From NCBI GenBank assembly GCA_023213395.1, contig CM041465.1:104663741-104727740 (forward strand): DNA of 64,000 bases. The letters run 5' to 3'. Made by a program: the position numbers and the translations under genes. Shown in pieces: positions 27,501 to 40,520 of this stretch. The number at the start of each line of letters is the position of its first letter. Position 1 is the stretch's first letter. The notes beneath the pieces are model-generated. The model was not told the origin of the DNA and did no database searches. It worked only from the letters and a program-made list of their open reading frames with translations. This DNA is from Cycas panzhihuaensis. Its lineage: Eukaryota > Plantae > Cycadophyta.

Positions 27501-28465
27501 AATTTTATTTACCATAAGTACATCATTGTTATTAAAAGGTTGATACAATAAAAACCAACTCTTGTAGGGACACATATGGTGTGAAGCACCCAAATCCAAT
27601 AACCAATCATGATGATAATGAGAGACATTATAAGCAACTAAGACATCATCATCATTTGTACCTTAATTTGACTCCACCTGATTAGCCTCCTTGGCAGGAT
27701 CTTTATTTTTCTAGAACTCCTTCCTTTTATAGCAATCTGTTTTAAGGTGACCTATCTTATTACAGTGCCAACATCTATGCTTACTCTTCTTGCCTTTTGA
27801 CTTTGACCTCGATGTGTCCCTAGAGCTTTGTTCTCTCTCAATCATTTAGCCCCTTGCTGTCATAGCTTCTAGCATGGAGGTTTTAAGATGGACTTCCTTC
27901 TTACCTCTTTTGTCAACAAAGCACTCACAATAGAATCATAGTCTAATTCATTTATAGTGTTAAAACTAATTGAGGTGACAATATTATCCCAAGATTCTAG
28001 TAATAAATATAGCAAGGTAACAACCTTGTCCTTATTCTCAATCATGACATCGATACTAGCTAACTAATAAATAAGAGTATTAAAAATATTTAAATGATTA
28101 GGAATTTTTTTACCTCCCTCCATCTATAATGAGTAGAACTACCTCTTCAAGTAAATTTAATTCGTCATTGATTTGGTCATGCACAATCCTTCCAACTAAG
28201 TCTATAATCTTATTGCTGTCTTTTCCCCTGTGATGTTAAATAGAACTTCATCCACCAAGCACAATCATATTATTCTAAGAGCCTTTTTATTTAGATCATC
28301 CCATTCATCATTGTCTATCCTTGCAAGTTTCTTTAATTTACCTGCAAGAGATTTATATAATCCCTGTTATACCAGAACATCAAATGCTTTTAGCTTCCAC
28401 AACTCGAAGTTGTTCTTGCCATTAAATTTCTCCACCTCAAACTTTGTATTTGCCAGTTTTTCCAT
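24548..28465 (-). pseudogene. gag-pol: A2 gag-pol remnant
   Basis: MEKLANTKFEVEKFNG; DLGASHHMC; LVLYIDDML; YANAIGSLIYAMVCTRPDI; ORFs 24904-25302, 25396-25593, 26658-26924, 27210-27599. Confidence 0.93.
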
Positions 28466-29011
28466 TTGGTGCAGAAAAAGTTGACACTAAAATCTTCACA
28501 AATTTACTACAAAAATAAAAGTAGCTCTAATACCACTTGTTGAGAAAAACTAGGTCACAATAACCAGAAATCACCACCAAGATCTAAACTATTTTGCAAC
28601 TAGTTATAGGAATTGAAACTAAAATTTAACATGCAAGTTCTTAAACTAGAGATAATATAATAAATAAATCAGAAAGCTAAAGCATCACATATACACTAGA
28701 TATAACATTGTAAAACCTTCGCAATGTGTTAAGGAAATATCCACATAGGAAAGGTATCAATCTTTTATTATCTAAGAATGGAGAAATATACATAATCTAT
28801 AGTAGAATGTTTACAACAACAACAACCAACTCCTTCTTCTCAATATAGTACATCTAACATATCGAATACCATCAACATAATGAAAAAACACCCTAAATTA
28901 GGCTATATGAGAGAGTCATACAAGGTATAAATCTTGACTATCAAATCTGGAGTATTTTGAATGAACGACCCTAATTTTTTTTATAATTCAGCATGTTTTA
29001 TAATACTAGTA

Positions 29012-29013
<2 letters not shown>

Positions 29014-29050
<37 letters not shown>
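29014..29050 (+). repeat. Poly(T)37 expansion in A2 5' LTR
   Basis: Direct reading; the run is shorter in the sister LTRs. Confidence 0.95.
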
Positions 29051-29051
<1 letters not shown>

Positions 29052-29548
29052 TGTCAGGGGCTACCGCCTTCGAAGCCCCTTTTTGTAGGGGGGTGGTTTT
29101 AACTCCCCCTACGCCCACCCCTAGGGCTCTTGCCCCCTTGGATTTCCCCTACAGAAGTTTAGAGGAGAAATCACACTACCAACCTATCAAAATTTTTGCC
29201 TCTAAAACATTGTTATCACATTATCTAACACCTCTAGTGAACAAATTGTAGATATTCTTATTAAACCACTTACCAAAGATAAATTTCTATAATTTTGATA
29301 TAAACTTGTAATGAAAATAATAGATAAGACATTAAGAGAGGGTGTTAAAGTAATGTTTTATCTAGGAATACTTAAAGATGTATTTCTAATGTATGAGGGT
29401 TAGGTGGCATTCCCTCTTTTATATGTCTTTGACAAGTGGTACATATGCATTCACATCTATTAAGGACACATGTATAATATATAGTATTTATTAAGAGGAT
29501 TTCTCTTACTGATTCATTAAATGATATACAAACATTATTTTCTTTATA

Positions 29549-31976
29549 CTAACATGGTTAGCAAAGAGAAGGAAATAGATGAGAATGATTAGAGGGAGGG
29601 GAAATACATTTTTAAGTTAGAATACAAATTATGAGGTTGATATATAAAGTTATCATTGATAGTGGTAGTTATGAGAACATGGTCATGATATAGATGGTAC
29701 AAAGGTTAAAGCTTCCTACTTAGCATTATGATGCATCATACATAATTTCCTAGTTTTGAAAAGGAAATTAGATCATGGTGAAGGATATATATTTAGTTTC
29801 CTTACAGATCAAAAAATACAAGGATGAGGTTTGGTATGACATAGTGCTTGTGGATGTTTACCATGTATTGTTAGGTAAGCCATGGGAATTTAAGAGGAAA
29901 GACATTCATGATGGACACAATAACACTTATTAGATAAATATTCAAACTTGTACCTTTTAGGGATGAAGGACCTACCATAGTTTTACAAACTTCCAAATAC
30001 TTTGTGTAAGAAGAATAGATGATAAGTGTATGTTATACATTGATATCAAGGAAAGTTGAGGTGGAATAATATGTTCCTTTGCCACTTAAGATAAAGAGGT
30101 ATTTGGAGTTATGTAAGGATGTCATACTTGAGGAGTTTCTAATAAGACTACCACCTATTAGGGATGTGACATATCACATTAACTTAATACCTAACTTTAG
30201 TTTACCTAACCAGGTAGCATACAAATTGAGTCCTTAAGAACATGAGGAGATAAGTAGATATGTATAACAATTGTTGGAGAAGGGGTTGATGAGGGAGAGC
30301 TTGAGTCCATGCATAATGCTTACCTTATTAACCTTAAAGAAGGATGGGACTTGGCGAATACATGTAGATTCATATGCCATCAATAAAATTACCATTAAAT
30401 ATAGGTTTTCTTTGTCAAGGATAGATGATATGATGGATGTACTTACATGAGAAAATTACTTTTTGAAGATTGATCTTTAGAGAAGCTACCATTAGATTTG
30501 AATTTAAGGAGACAAATGGAACACTGCTTTTAAGATGATGGTTTGTATGAGTGGTTGGTGATGCCATTAGACTTTCCAACATGTTGAGTACTTTCATGTG
30601 ATTGATGAATGTGGTGTTGAGGCCGCACTGGGGTAAGTTTATGATTGTGTGCTTTGATGATTTATTGGTATTTGGTAAATCCCAAGAGGAAAATTTAAGA
30701 CATTTACAAATGATCTTTAATATGCTTTAGAGAGAGAAGTTGTATGCAAACCTCAAGAAGTATAGCTTCATGCAGAATAGTTTGGTATATTTTGGATTTG
30801 TTATTTCTTAGGTTGGACTATCTATGGATCTAGAAAAGATGAAAGTGATAATTGAATGGCTAGTACTAATCAACATAATGAGTGTTAGGAGCTTTTATGG
30901 GATGGTGAGCTTTTATCATAAATTCATCAAGAATTTCAATGGTATAATAGCTCCAATTTTAGATTGTATTAAGGCTAAAGTGCTTCAATAGATAAAGAAA
31001 ACTTAAGATGGTTTTGATTTATTGAAGAAAAAGGCTATTAAATCAATGACATTAGCCTTACTAGCTTTTAGTAAGGTGTTCAAAGTTGAGTGTGATGATT
31101 TGACTATGGGAATTGACTGCATTCTTTAGTGAAAACCTAAATGACATGAAGAAGAGGTATTTTGTTTATGATATAGAGTTCTATGCAATAATGTAATCCC
31201 TGAAACTATGGATGCATTATCTACTCCCTAAGTAATCTTTTCTAAGCATAGATCATCATGCTCTAAAGTTCATTAATTCACAAACTAAGTTTAGTACCAA
31301 GCATGTGAAATGGGTTGAATTTCCTCAGAGTTATACTTTTGTGATTAAACATGGATCAAAGAAATCTAATTAGGTGGTAGATGCATTTAGCAGGAGTGAT
31401 ACATTACTGTTTTATTACATAAAATGAAGAAGTGGGTTTTGAAACCATTAAGGATAATTATCTATAGGACAAATATCTTAGAAACCTAATGGATTATTTG
31501 TTGAAAACATTAGCATATAGTGGTGTAGTTTATTATGACAACTTTTTACATGATGGTTACCTATGTAAAAAGTCGTGTATACTTAACAGTTCTATATGAT
31601 AAAACATCATTTGTGAATTGCATACTAGTGGTCTTGAAGAATATTTTGGATAAGATAAACCTTTTGCACTTGTAGATGAGAGGTATTTTTGGATAGCAAT
31701 GTGTAAACAAGTTTTAAAGTTTGTAGTAAGATGTATGATTAGTCAATTGGCTAAGGGGTAATCACAAAACAAAGGGTTATGTCAACCTTCACTAATTTCA
31801 GTAGAACCTTGAGTTGATATTTCAATGGACTTTATACTTAGATTGCCTATTACATAGTGTGGGGATGATTCCATCTTTGTTATTATAAATCATTTCTTAA
31901 AAATGGTGCATCTTTTACTGTGTAGGAGGATAAGTGATGTAAGCAAGATTATATGCTTGTTCTTTAAGAAGATCAT
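29549..31976 (+). pseudogene. pol: D protease-RT-RH-INT(N) remnant
   Basis: KVIIDSGSYENMV; HVLLGKPW; [11 protein letters not shown]; WLVMPLDFP; VCFDDLLVF; DISMDFILRLP. Confidence 0.88.
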
Positions 31977-33130
31977 TGTTAAACCTTATGTTTACATGTT
32001 AAGATAATGTACTTTTATTTTAATGTAATATGTGTACATTTTACTTTAGGGGTGACTTATCACTTAAGTGATAAAGTGCACACCCACATTCTTTCTAGTG
32101 ACACAACGTTGTCACTAAAGGGTCAAATGGACCTTTATGCATTTTTGCTCACATGAGAGTCCAAAAGGACACATGTCCAACATGCAAGGCATGTATCTTG
32201 GATATTTGACACTTGTCAAACATCCAAGGCCTTAGGTCTCTCATTTCACTCTATATAATGAGACCTCTTCTCATTGTCTAATAAGAGAGTTGGAGCTATA
32301 TTGTTATGCTGTCAGTTTGCTAATCAAACTATTCATTCTTTGGAGGTTGGACCAATTCCAACTCCACATATTGGGTATCATTTTCTCTTACTCCTTCATT
32401 CATGTTTTGTCTCTTTGCTTTCTCTTTACCTTGAGATTATTATACTTGTTTGTATTTCTACAACTAGAACTAGAGTGATCCTAGTTTATAAATCTAGGGA
32501 CTGTTGAGGCCATCTAGCCTCTTTTCACATTTGGTATTAGAGCAAGAGGAGACTAGCTCCCTCTGTTATGTTTTGCAGCTGCTCAAGGAGATTTGAAGAA
32601 AGCTACAAACCCTTGGTGACAACCTTCGCACTCCGAAGGTGATCCAAGGTTTGTTTGAAGTTTTTTTTACAAGTTCAAGCATTTCGGAGCTATTTTTTTT
32701 AAAGGCTGGAGTTGGGTTATGTTCTAATCTTTTTTTTACAAAGATCTTATTGGATACAACATAAATTGCTATCACAAATAGTGATTTGTAAATCTAAAAG
32801 CAGATCTAAGGAGTTTGTATGAGAACAAGTTTTTCCTTGAAAAAAAAAGGAAGAAAAAAGAGGGGATTTTATTTTCTTTTTAAATATTTTCTATATCTGT
32901 AAACTAGGAGTTGGTTTAAGCTTAGATATGTTATTTTCTATGGTTTGAAATACTCAAGTCCTCTCAAATCTACACTGAAAATTATTGATCTGTTGTTCTA
33001 ATCTGAACCTAGCTATTTATTGAAGAGATCTATCCTCTATACTGAAAACTTTTTTTCAAAAAATTTCAAGTTGTCCTCTTCACTGCTGGACATTGTCACA
33101 CAACAGGGCATCTCTCTCACATCCCTGGTC

Positions 33131-33787
33131 TGGTAAATCAGTCATCTGATTGGTAAATTTGCACTCTGTGCTGTTATGAAATCTGCTTGGTAATTCTGAA
33201 ATCTGCTTGGTAAAATCTACACTCTGTGCTGTTATGAAATCTGCTTGGTAATTCTGAAATCTCCCTAGTAAAATCTACACTCTGTGCTATTATAAAATCT
33301 GCCTGGTAATTCTTAACTGAGCCTGGTAAAATCTGAACTCAGTGCTGTTATAAAATCTGCCTAGTAATTCTGAACTTAGCCTGGTAAAATCTGAACTCAG
33401 TGCTGTTATAAAATCTGCCTGGTAATTCTGAACTTAGCCTGGTAAAATCTGAACTCGGTCGTTATAAAATCACTGTAATCGAACTTAGCACAGTAAAATT
33501 TGAACTCGGTCTTTGTTATAAAATCACTGCACTCAACTTAGCCTAGTAAAATCTGAACTCAGTGATGTTATAAAATTTGCCTGGTAATTCTGAACTTAGC
33601 CTGGTAAAATCTAAACTTAGTGCTATTATAAAATCTACCTGGTAATTCTAAACTTACTCTGGTAAAATCTAAACTCAGTGCTATTATAAAATCTGCCTGG
33701 TAATTCTAACCTTAGCCTGGTAAAATCTAAACTCTATGTTATTATGAAATCTGCCTGGTAAATATGAAATCTGCCTGGTAAATCAGT
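33131..33787 (+). repeat. 58-bp tandem repeat array (~11 units) in C leader
   Basis: Unit tggtaaaatctgaactcagtgctgttataaaatctgcctggtaattctgaacttagcc starts at 33208, 33266, 33324, 33382, 33440 ... 33602, 33660, 33718. Confidence 0.95.
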
Positions 33788-34686
33788 GCAGTCCTCTAGC
33801 CTGGTTTTGACCAAAACTACTTTGTCATCCACTCTAATGTTAGGATAGCCCTATACTCTGCCATTAGACTGGTTCTGGTTCTCTACTTTTATGAAGTCTG
33901 TGCTGCTAAATTCAAGTGAAGTCATGCTGTGACTTTTATGAGTTAATTACATTGAAAGGAAGTGGAATCACACTCTGTCAACAGAGCTTTGGCACTGCCA
34001 AACTGAAAACGATCCTTTTCTAAAGGTTATCTTTTTTTTCAAGAAGCAAACTGATCATCAAAATCATTTAGAACAACATTTTCCTTGTGAAGTGATTTTA
34101 AGTGTTTTTATATCAAAAAGTGATACTTATCACTAATTTTTTAAAACACTTTTAAGGCACCTTGCATGGTGACCTAATGCCCTTAGTCTCAAAGAGGGCT
34201 TAAATACACTTTGTACTTAATAAAAATCACTTTTCTTTTGATCGTTGGGACTAATTTAAAGTCCCAACACTTGGTGCTTGATGTCTATTTTCATGCAAGT
34301 GGTTCTCTTACCTTTATTTTTTCAGCATTAAAAGGAACCCACTTGTATCTTCATCACAAGTTTTGCATTACTTATTTTCAAAAAGTACTTTACAAAACTT
34401 ATTGTAATCAAGCATTTGGTTTCTTACTTGGATCAACATAGCACTACATTTTCATTAAAGTGCTCATTGTAAAAACACTACAAGTGTTCATATTCATGTA
34501 CTTACATTGCTTCATCTTGAAGCCACTTTTATTGTAAAGCTTAATCAAAGCATTTTCATAAATACATTTTCCAAGCAAAAAGAAACCTAAGTTCACTTTA
34601 AAATCTACTAAAAAGTGACTTAAAATATGTTGGAGAGGCTTGAAAAAGGTTCAAACCTTGCCTCTAAATTAACCTTAAACTTAGTG

Positions 34687-34914
34687 CATTCCCTAGGGGA
34701 CCAACTGACCATACAGTCAGTGCACGACAATTAAGGTTGCTTGAGGGAAAGGAGGTTCAAAAAGGGTGTTATTGGTGCTGTGAATCCTAGGGAAAGCATG
34801 GTATGTCCATGCAAATCAACCCTACCTACCTTGTCTTAGATTTAACTTGGCCAACTATTGGATCTCTTCTATAAGATCAAGCTGGACCAACTCCATAGCC
34901 TAGTCATTCCATTC
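34687..34914 (+). promoter_or_regulatory. Conserved pre-gag leader block of C (putative structured RNA)
   Basis: Collinear motif blocks shared with 59610-59826; several hairpins. Confidence 0.6.
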
Positions 34915-35008
34915 AGTACTGTTGGTTTCATTAGAAGGTGGAACTTAAGTGATGAAAGCTTTGAGTTTCTAGGTTATCTGCTAGCTTCAAGCTTTTATCA
35001 ACTGAAAC

Positions 35009-38000
35009 ATGGCTGCCATAAACATGCTAAATGCATGCACCATTCGGTTAACAGGACAAAATAATTATCAGGAATGGAAGAGACTCACTCAGAACTTGCT
35101 AATCATGAATGAATTTTGGAGTTATATTTTTGGGAGATTACCTCAACCAGCACTTGTTACCAATGGAAATGTTACTGTGTAACCTGATGATGCCTTGCTT
35201 GCTGCTTGGAAAGCCAAAGATGAAATTGCTTTGGCATTCCTTCACATGATTGTTGATGTACATGTAGATCAAAATATTACTTGTGCTAAAACTTCTAAGG
35301 AAGCTTGGGACACTTTGTCCTCATTGTATGAAAGGCGAGATCAAGCTCGCATTTTAATGGTTAAGGCAAAATTGTATTCTGTTAAGTTTGTCAAGCCCAT
35401 ATCAGCTTTTTTTTCCTCCATCAAGGAGGTATGTAATGAACTAAATACACTTGCAAGTCTAGCTACAAGGGATGAATTAATCACATCCATCACCAAAGCC
35501 TTACTGAAGGACTACAATGGCTTCATTTTGTCCACTACAAGAGATGGTTCTCTCAAAACTATGACATTCAATGAATTTGAAAGTTTGTTACTTTAAGAAG
35601 AATAAATCTACACTAAGGATAATGAGGAGGAACCATGTACATCAGGTGCATTCACGGCCAATTCAAAGGCCAAACAGCAACCCAAACCTGCACTTTTAAA
35701 GCAATTTGGGAACATGAACATTGGGTCTTCAAGGACGAATGTTGTATGTCATTATTGTGGCAAACTTGACCACATAGCACCTGATTATCAGAAAAAGCAA
35801 GCATATCTATGCCAGCAGTAGTAGCCACGTCATCTGAATCAACGACAACAGTAGCCATGTCAGCAGTACCAATAGTGGTTTTAGCAGCAACAACAGTAGC
35901 AGCAGTAACCCCCTTGACCAAATCGAGGTGCCTATCGAGGAGGTCAAAGAGGAAGGGGGGGTTTCAGAGGTGGCAATCAATGCCACTCTAATCAGTTTGC
36001 AGATGAAGACAAATTATTTTATGCATATCAGACATCCAAGGTTGATGAAACTTGGATTATTGATTCTGGAGCTTCATAACACATGACTGGAAGTGAAGAG
36101 CTCCTCACCAACATCAAGGAAGGCAAAGGTCAATCAGTGACCTTTGGGAATAATCAATCTATCAAAATTTCTGGAGTAGGCACAATAACTCCATTTTCTT
36201 CTTCATCAAACCCTTCCTCCACATTTCCCGATGGCAATGCCTATTTAATACCTTCAATGGACAAAAATTTACTATCTGTTAGCAAGTTGTACAAGCAACA
36301 GATGAGTGTATTATTCCAAAATGGGAAATGTATAATTAGTGATAAAGAAGACCAAGTAGTAGCTGTTGGCTATGAGGATCAAGGCCTCTACAAGTTGGAT
36401 GCAAATAATATAACACTTGATTCTGCTTACTCTGGTTCCATTGTCACTCCTTACTTGTCCAAGATGCAACTTTGGCATCAACGTCTAGGCCATTTGAACT
36501 TAGACAATTTGAGGTAGATGATCAATAAGAACATGGTACATGGGCTTCCAAAGATCTATGGAACAAAATGTCTTTGTGAAGCGTGCATTATGGGAACTCA
36601 GCATCGCTTACCTTTCCCTAAAGGCAAAGTATGGCATACATCACATCCTTTGCAGCTAGTACATTCATATTTGTATGGACTTATGTCCACATCATCTTTT
36701 GGAGGAGCTTTATATTACATCTCCTTCATTGATGACTTTTCTCACAAAGTTTGGGTCTATTTCATCAAACACAAATTTGAAGCATTTTCCAAGTTCAAAA
36801 AATTCAAGCTTGAGGTGGAAAATGAGTCTAGCCATTCAATCAAAACATTCAGGATAGACAATGGAGGTGAATTTATATCAAATAAATTCACCCAATACTG
36901 CAAGGATAATGGCATTCAGAGACAACTGACGATACCTCACACTCCTCAACAAAATGGAGTCTCCAAACGGATGAACAGAACTTTGGCCAATAAAGCCAAA
37001 GCTATGATGCATGCACAAGGACTCACTCGAGGTTACTGGGTAGAAGTATTTCACATAGCTGCCTATGTGGCCAATCACAGTCCTACTATAGTAGTCACCA
37101 ACATGACACCTGAGGAGGCTTGGTCTGGCAAAAGGCCTACTATTAGCCATTTAAGGACTTTTGGCTGCACTGCTTATATACATATTCCCGATCAGCAAAG
37201 GAAGAAATTAGACAAACATAGTCTAAAATGCATCTTTTTAGGGTATGCCATTCACAGCAAAGCTTACAAGTTGTATGATCCAATAGGGAAGAAAATGCAT
37301 CTCTCAAGAGATGTCATCTTTGCTAAAGAAGATCATAAGGAGGTGTAAACAGCATCCATGCAACCTCCCATTGACAAAGGCAACAAGATTGTTGAGGCCT
37401 TCCTTCCCTCTCAATCCTCTACACCATGTTCATCATCTGCACCAGCTGGACTGTCTACTTCAACTAAATTTACTCCACTTGATCCAAGCTCATCTTCTAT
37501 TAACCAACCACTTACACTAGAAGATCTTGAGGTTCAAGTAACTTCAATTCAAAAGTTACCCAAATGGTACACACAAACAGTTCATGATGGTCACATCATT
37601 GAAGGAAAACGTCCATCTAAATATCAGCAGCAAACCAATTATGCACTTATGGCTGAAGTGCTTTATGTTGATGAGCCTTCCACTTTTGAGGAGGCTTCTA
37701 AAAATGAAAATTGGAAGTCTGTCATGGATGAAGAAATCCATTTTATTGAAAAGAATGGAACTTAGAATTTGGTTGAATTGCCTAAACACAAACAGGCAAT
37801 CAGTTGCAAATGGGTCTACAAGACCAAATTCCATTCTGATGGTTTACTTAAAAGGCAGAAAGCATGCCTTGTCACAAAAGGATTTAAACAAAAAGAAGGC
37901 ATAGATTATGAAGAAACTTTTACACCAGTGGTGAACATGAATACCATCAGACTTCTCTTGGCCTTAGTTGCTCAATGTAAATGGCCTGTTTACCAGATGG

Positions 38001-39193
38001 ACGTGAAGAACACCTTTCTTAATGGCAATCTTCAGGAGGAGGTATATTTGGAGCAACCTCCCAGATACAAAGTATAAGGCAAGGAGCATTTTGTATATCG
38101 CCTAAAAAAGGCGTTATATGGCTTGAAGTAAGCTCCAAGGGCATGGTACTCGAAGATCGATGACTACTTCTTGAGACATGGGTTTCATCGATCTACTTCA
38201 GATCATAATCTGTATATAAAAAATGAAACGAACCATGTAATTTTTGTTGCCTTATATGTAGATGACTTAGTGATCACTGGTAGTAACACTAAGATGATTC
38301 ATATTCTCCAAGATAACTTAAAGAGAAGTTTCAAGATGACAGATCTTGGACTTCTCCATTACTTTTTAGGCTTTGAGATATGGCAACAATGACCAAAGTT
38401 ATATCTTCATCTCCCAAGTGAAATATTCTTGGGACATTTTGTAGCGGTTTAGGATGCACGACTGTAAATCAGCACCTACACCTATGGAGAATGGATCTAA
38501 GCTTACTCTCAATGAGGAAGCTGCACCAGCAGATCCCACACTTTACCAGTAGTTGATTGGGAGTCTCATTTATCTCACCAACACTCGACCAGATATTTCA
38601 TTTGCTATTGGGATTTGCTCACGTTACATGTCTCAACCTAATCAGATACATTGGAATGCAGCCAAATGCATACTTAAGTACATCAAAGGTACATTACAGT
38701 ATGCCCTTGAGTATGCACATAATGAGAACTTCACTCTGGAAGGGTTCTCAAACTCTGATTGGGCAGGTTGCCAAGATAGCAGGAAATCAACCTCGGGATA
38801 CTATTTTTCCCTTGGTTCAACAGTTGTTTCATGGAGTTGCAAGAAGTAACCCAATGTTACCTTGTCCTCCACTGAAGCAGAGTACAAAGATATAGTCAGC
38901 GTAGCTTGTGAGGCTATCTGGCTACAATGGATTCTTGGGGAACTTAGACTTGAGCAGGGTCACCCCACTAGGATATATTACAACAATCAAAGTGTGCTCA
39001 AGTTAGCTAAGAATCTAGTCTTTCATGCGCGGATAAAACACATCGAGGTTCACCATCACTTCATCAAAGAGCATGTTTAGAATGGTGAGATCAACCTCCA
39101 GTACAGACCAACAGAGGAGTAGACATCAGACATCTTTACCAAGCCTCTTGGTAGAGAGAAGTTTGTAAAATTCAGAGATGAACTTGGTGTCTG
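35009..39193 (+). pseudogene. gag-pol: C gag-PR-INT-RT-RH polyprotein, one frame with in-frame stops and one frameshift near 38395
   Basis: CHYCGKLDH; WIIDSGAS; WHQRLGH; SFIDDFS; YQMDVKNTFLNG; LYVDDL; SSTEAEY; ORFs 35195-38392 all in phase with ATG 35009. Confidence 0.95.
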
Positions 39194-39774
39194 ACTTAAC
39201 ATTGTAAATAGTAAGGGGGAGTGTTAAACCTTATGTTTACATGTTAAGATAATGTACTTTTATTTTAATGTAATATGTGTACCTTTTACTTTAGGGGTGA
39301 CTTATCACTTAAGTGATAAAGTACACACCCACATTCTTTCTAGTGACACAACATTGTCACTAAAGGGTCAAATGGACCCCTATACATTTTTGCTCACGTG
39401 AGAGCCCAAAAGGACACATGTCCAACATGCAAGGCATGTATCTTGGATATTTGACACATGTCAAACATCCAAGGCCTTAGGTCTCTCATTTCACTCTATA
39501 TAATGAGACCACTTCTCATTGTCTAATAAGAGAGTTGGAGCTGTATTGTTATGCTATCAGTTTGCTAATCAAACTGTTCATTCTTTGGAGGTTGGACCAA
39601 TTCCAACTCCACATATTGGGTATCATTTTCTCTTGCTCCTTCATTTATGTTTTGTCTCTTTGCTTTCTCTTTACCTTGAGATTATTATACTTGTTTGTAT
39701 TTCTACAACTAGAACTAGAGTGATCCTAGTTTCTAGATCTAGGGACTGTTGAGGCCATCTAGCCTCTTTTCATA

Positions 39775-40520
39775 ATCATGAGCCTTTATGGTTTGTTGAA
39801 AACCATAACATTTTATAGGGATACTAGATTATTAAGCAATTTTTGGTAGATGTTGTAGAAGAAGTTAAATAGAAAGTTGCAATTCAATAATGCTTACCAT
39901 CCTTGAACAAAGGGGTAGGCATACATAGTAAATAGATCATTGGGAAATCTGTTGAGGGGCTTAACAAGTGATAAACCAAAGTAATAGGATAGTGCGTTAC
40001 CACAAGCTTAATTTACATACAACAACTTAATGAATAGGTCTATGGGTAAATCACCATTTTATGCGATGTATGATAGAACACCAAATATAGTTGTCAACTT
40101 TGTTTAGTTACCATTGGATAATTGCACAAGTGATGTTGTTGAAGCACTTGCGAAAATGTTGAAAAAGGTGTATGTTAGAGTTTAATAATAGTTGGAAGCT
40201 AACTCACAAAAATATAAGGAGGCAACAAATCAAGCAAGATGAGTTAAGGAGTTTGATATAGGAAATCTAATGATGTTGCATTTGCAAAAATAAAGGTTTC
40301 TAAAAGGAACTTGTAACAAACTAAAATTTAAGAAAATAGGTCCTTGTAAGATTTTGAAAACTCTTAATGCCTATGAGATTGAATTACTAGGTGGGTCAGA
40401 CATCTCCCCTATATCTAACATTTTTTAGTTATATTCTTATCATCCTAGTGATGAAGATGTGATGGAACACCTTAAGCATTGGTAGAAACAAGTACCAAAG
40501 AAGAAAAAGAAAATACATAA
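39775..40520 (+). pseudogene. pol: D integrase C-terminal remnant
   Basis: AYHP*TKG, VNRSLGNLLRGL, KLKFKKIGPCKIL, NAYEIELL; chromodomain apparently deleted. Confidence 0.85.

Larger units (their letters stand above)
23835..29230 (-). mobile_element. Ty1/Copia element A2, complete (same family as A1), in B RNase H
   Basis: LTRs 23835-24499 and 28538-29230; PBS rc 28524-28535; PPT rc aaggtggagat 24500-24510; TSD ccttt/cctct; B reading frame resumes after it. Confidence 0.95.
18879..29548 (+). mobile_element. Ty1/Copia element B, complete with ~205-bp LTRs, interrupted by A2
   Basis: LTRs 18879-19082 and 29343-29548 (~12% different); PBS tggtatcaaag at 19083; PPT taagagaggg; TSD ccaac/ctaac. 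Confidence 0.92.
31977..39774 (+). mobile_element. Ty1/Copia element C, complete, youngest full element, in D integrase
   Basis: 553-bp LTRs 31977-32529 and 39222-39774 (~18 substitutions); perfect TSD atcat; PBS 32532-32543; PPT aagggggag; ~2.5-kb leader. Confidence 0.97.

Noticed and set aside
23835-29230. Age paradox (nested A2 LTRs appear more diverged than host B LTRs)
   Set aside because: ~14% versus ~12% on 200-250 bp hand counts is within sampling error
28961-29251. Poly-Phe ORF
   Set aside because: Poly(T) run within an LTR
32274-32507. Duplicated hydrophobic ORFs (also 39519-39752) as small membrane-protein genes
   Set aside because: They lie in the T-rich R/U5 of C's two LTRs, have non-ATG starts, and are not maintained in C2
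33131-33787. CRISPR-like array
   Set aside because: No unique spacers; continuous tandem units inside a plant retrotransposon leader; no cas genes
35652-35991. Ala/Thr/Val-rich ORFs on both strands
   Set aside because: Off-frame readings of the Q-rich gag tract
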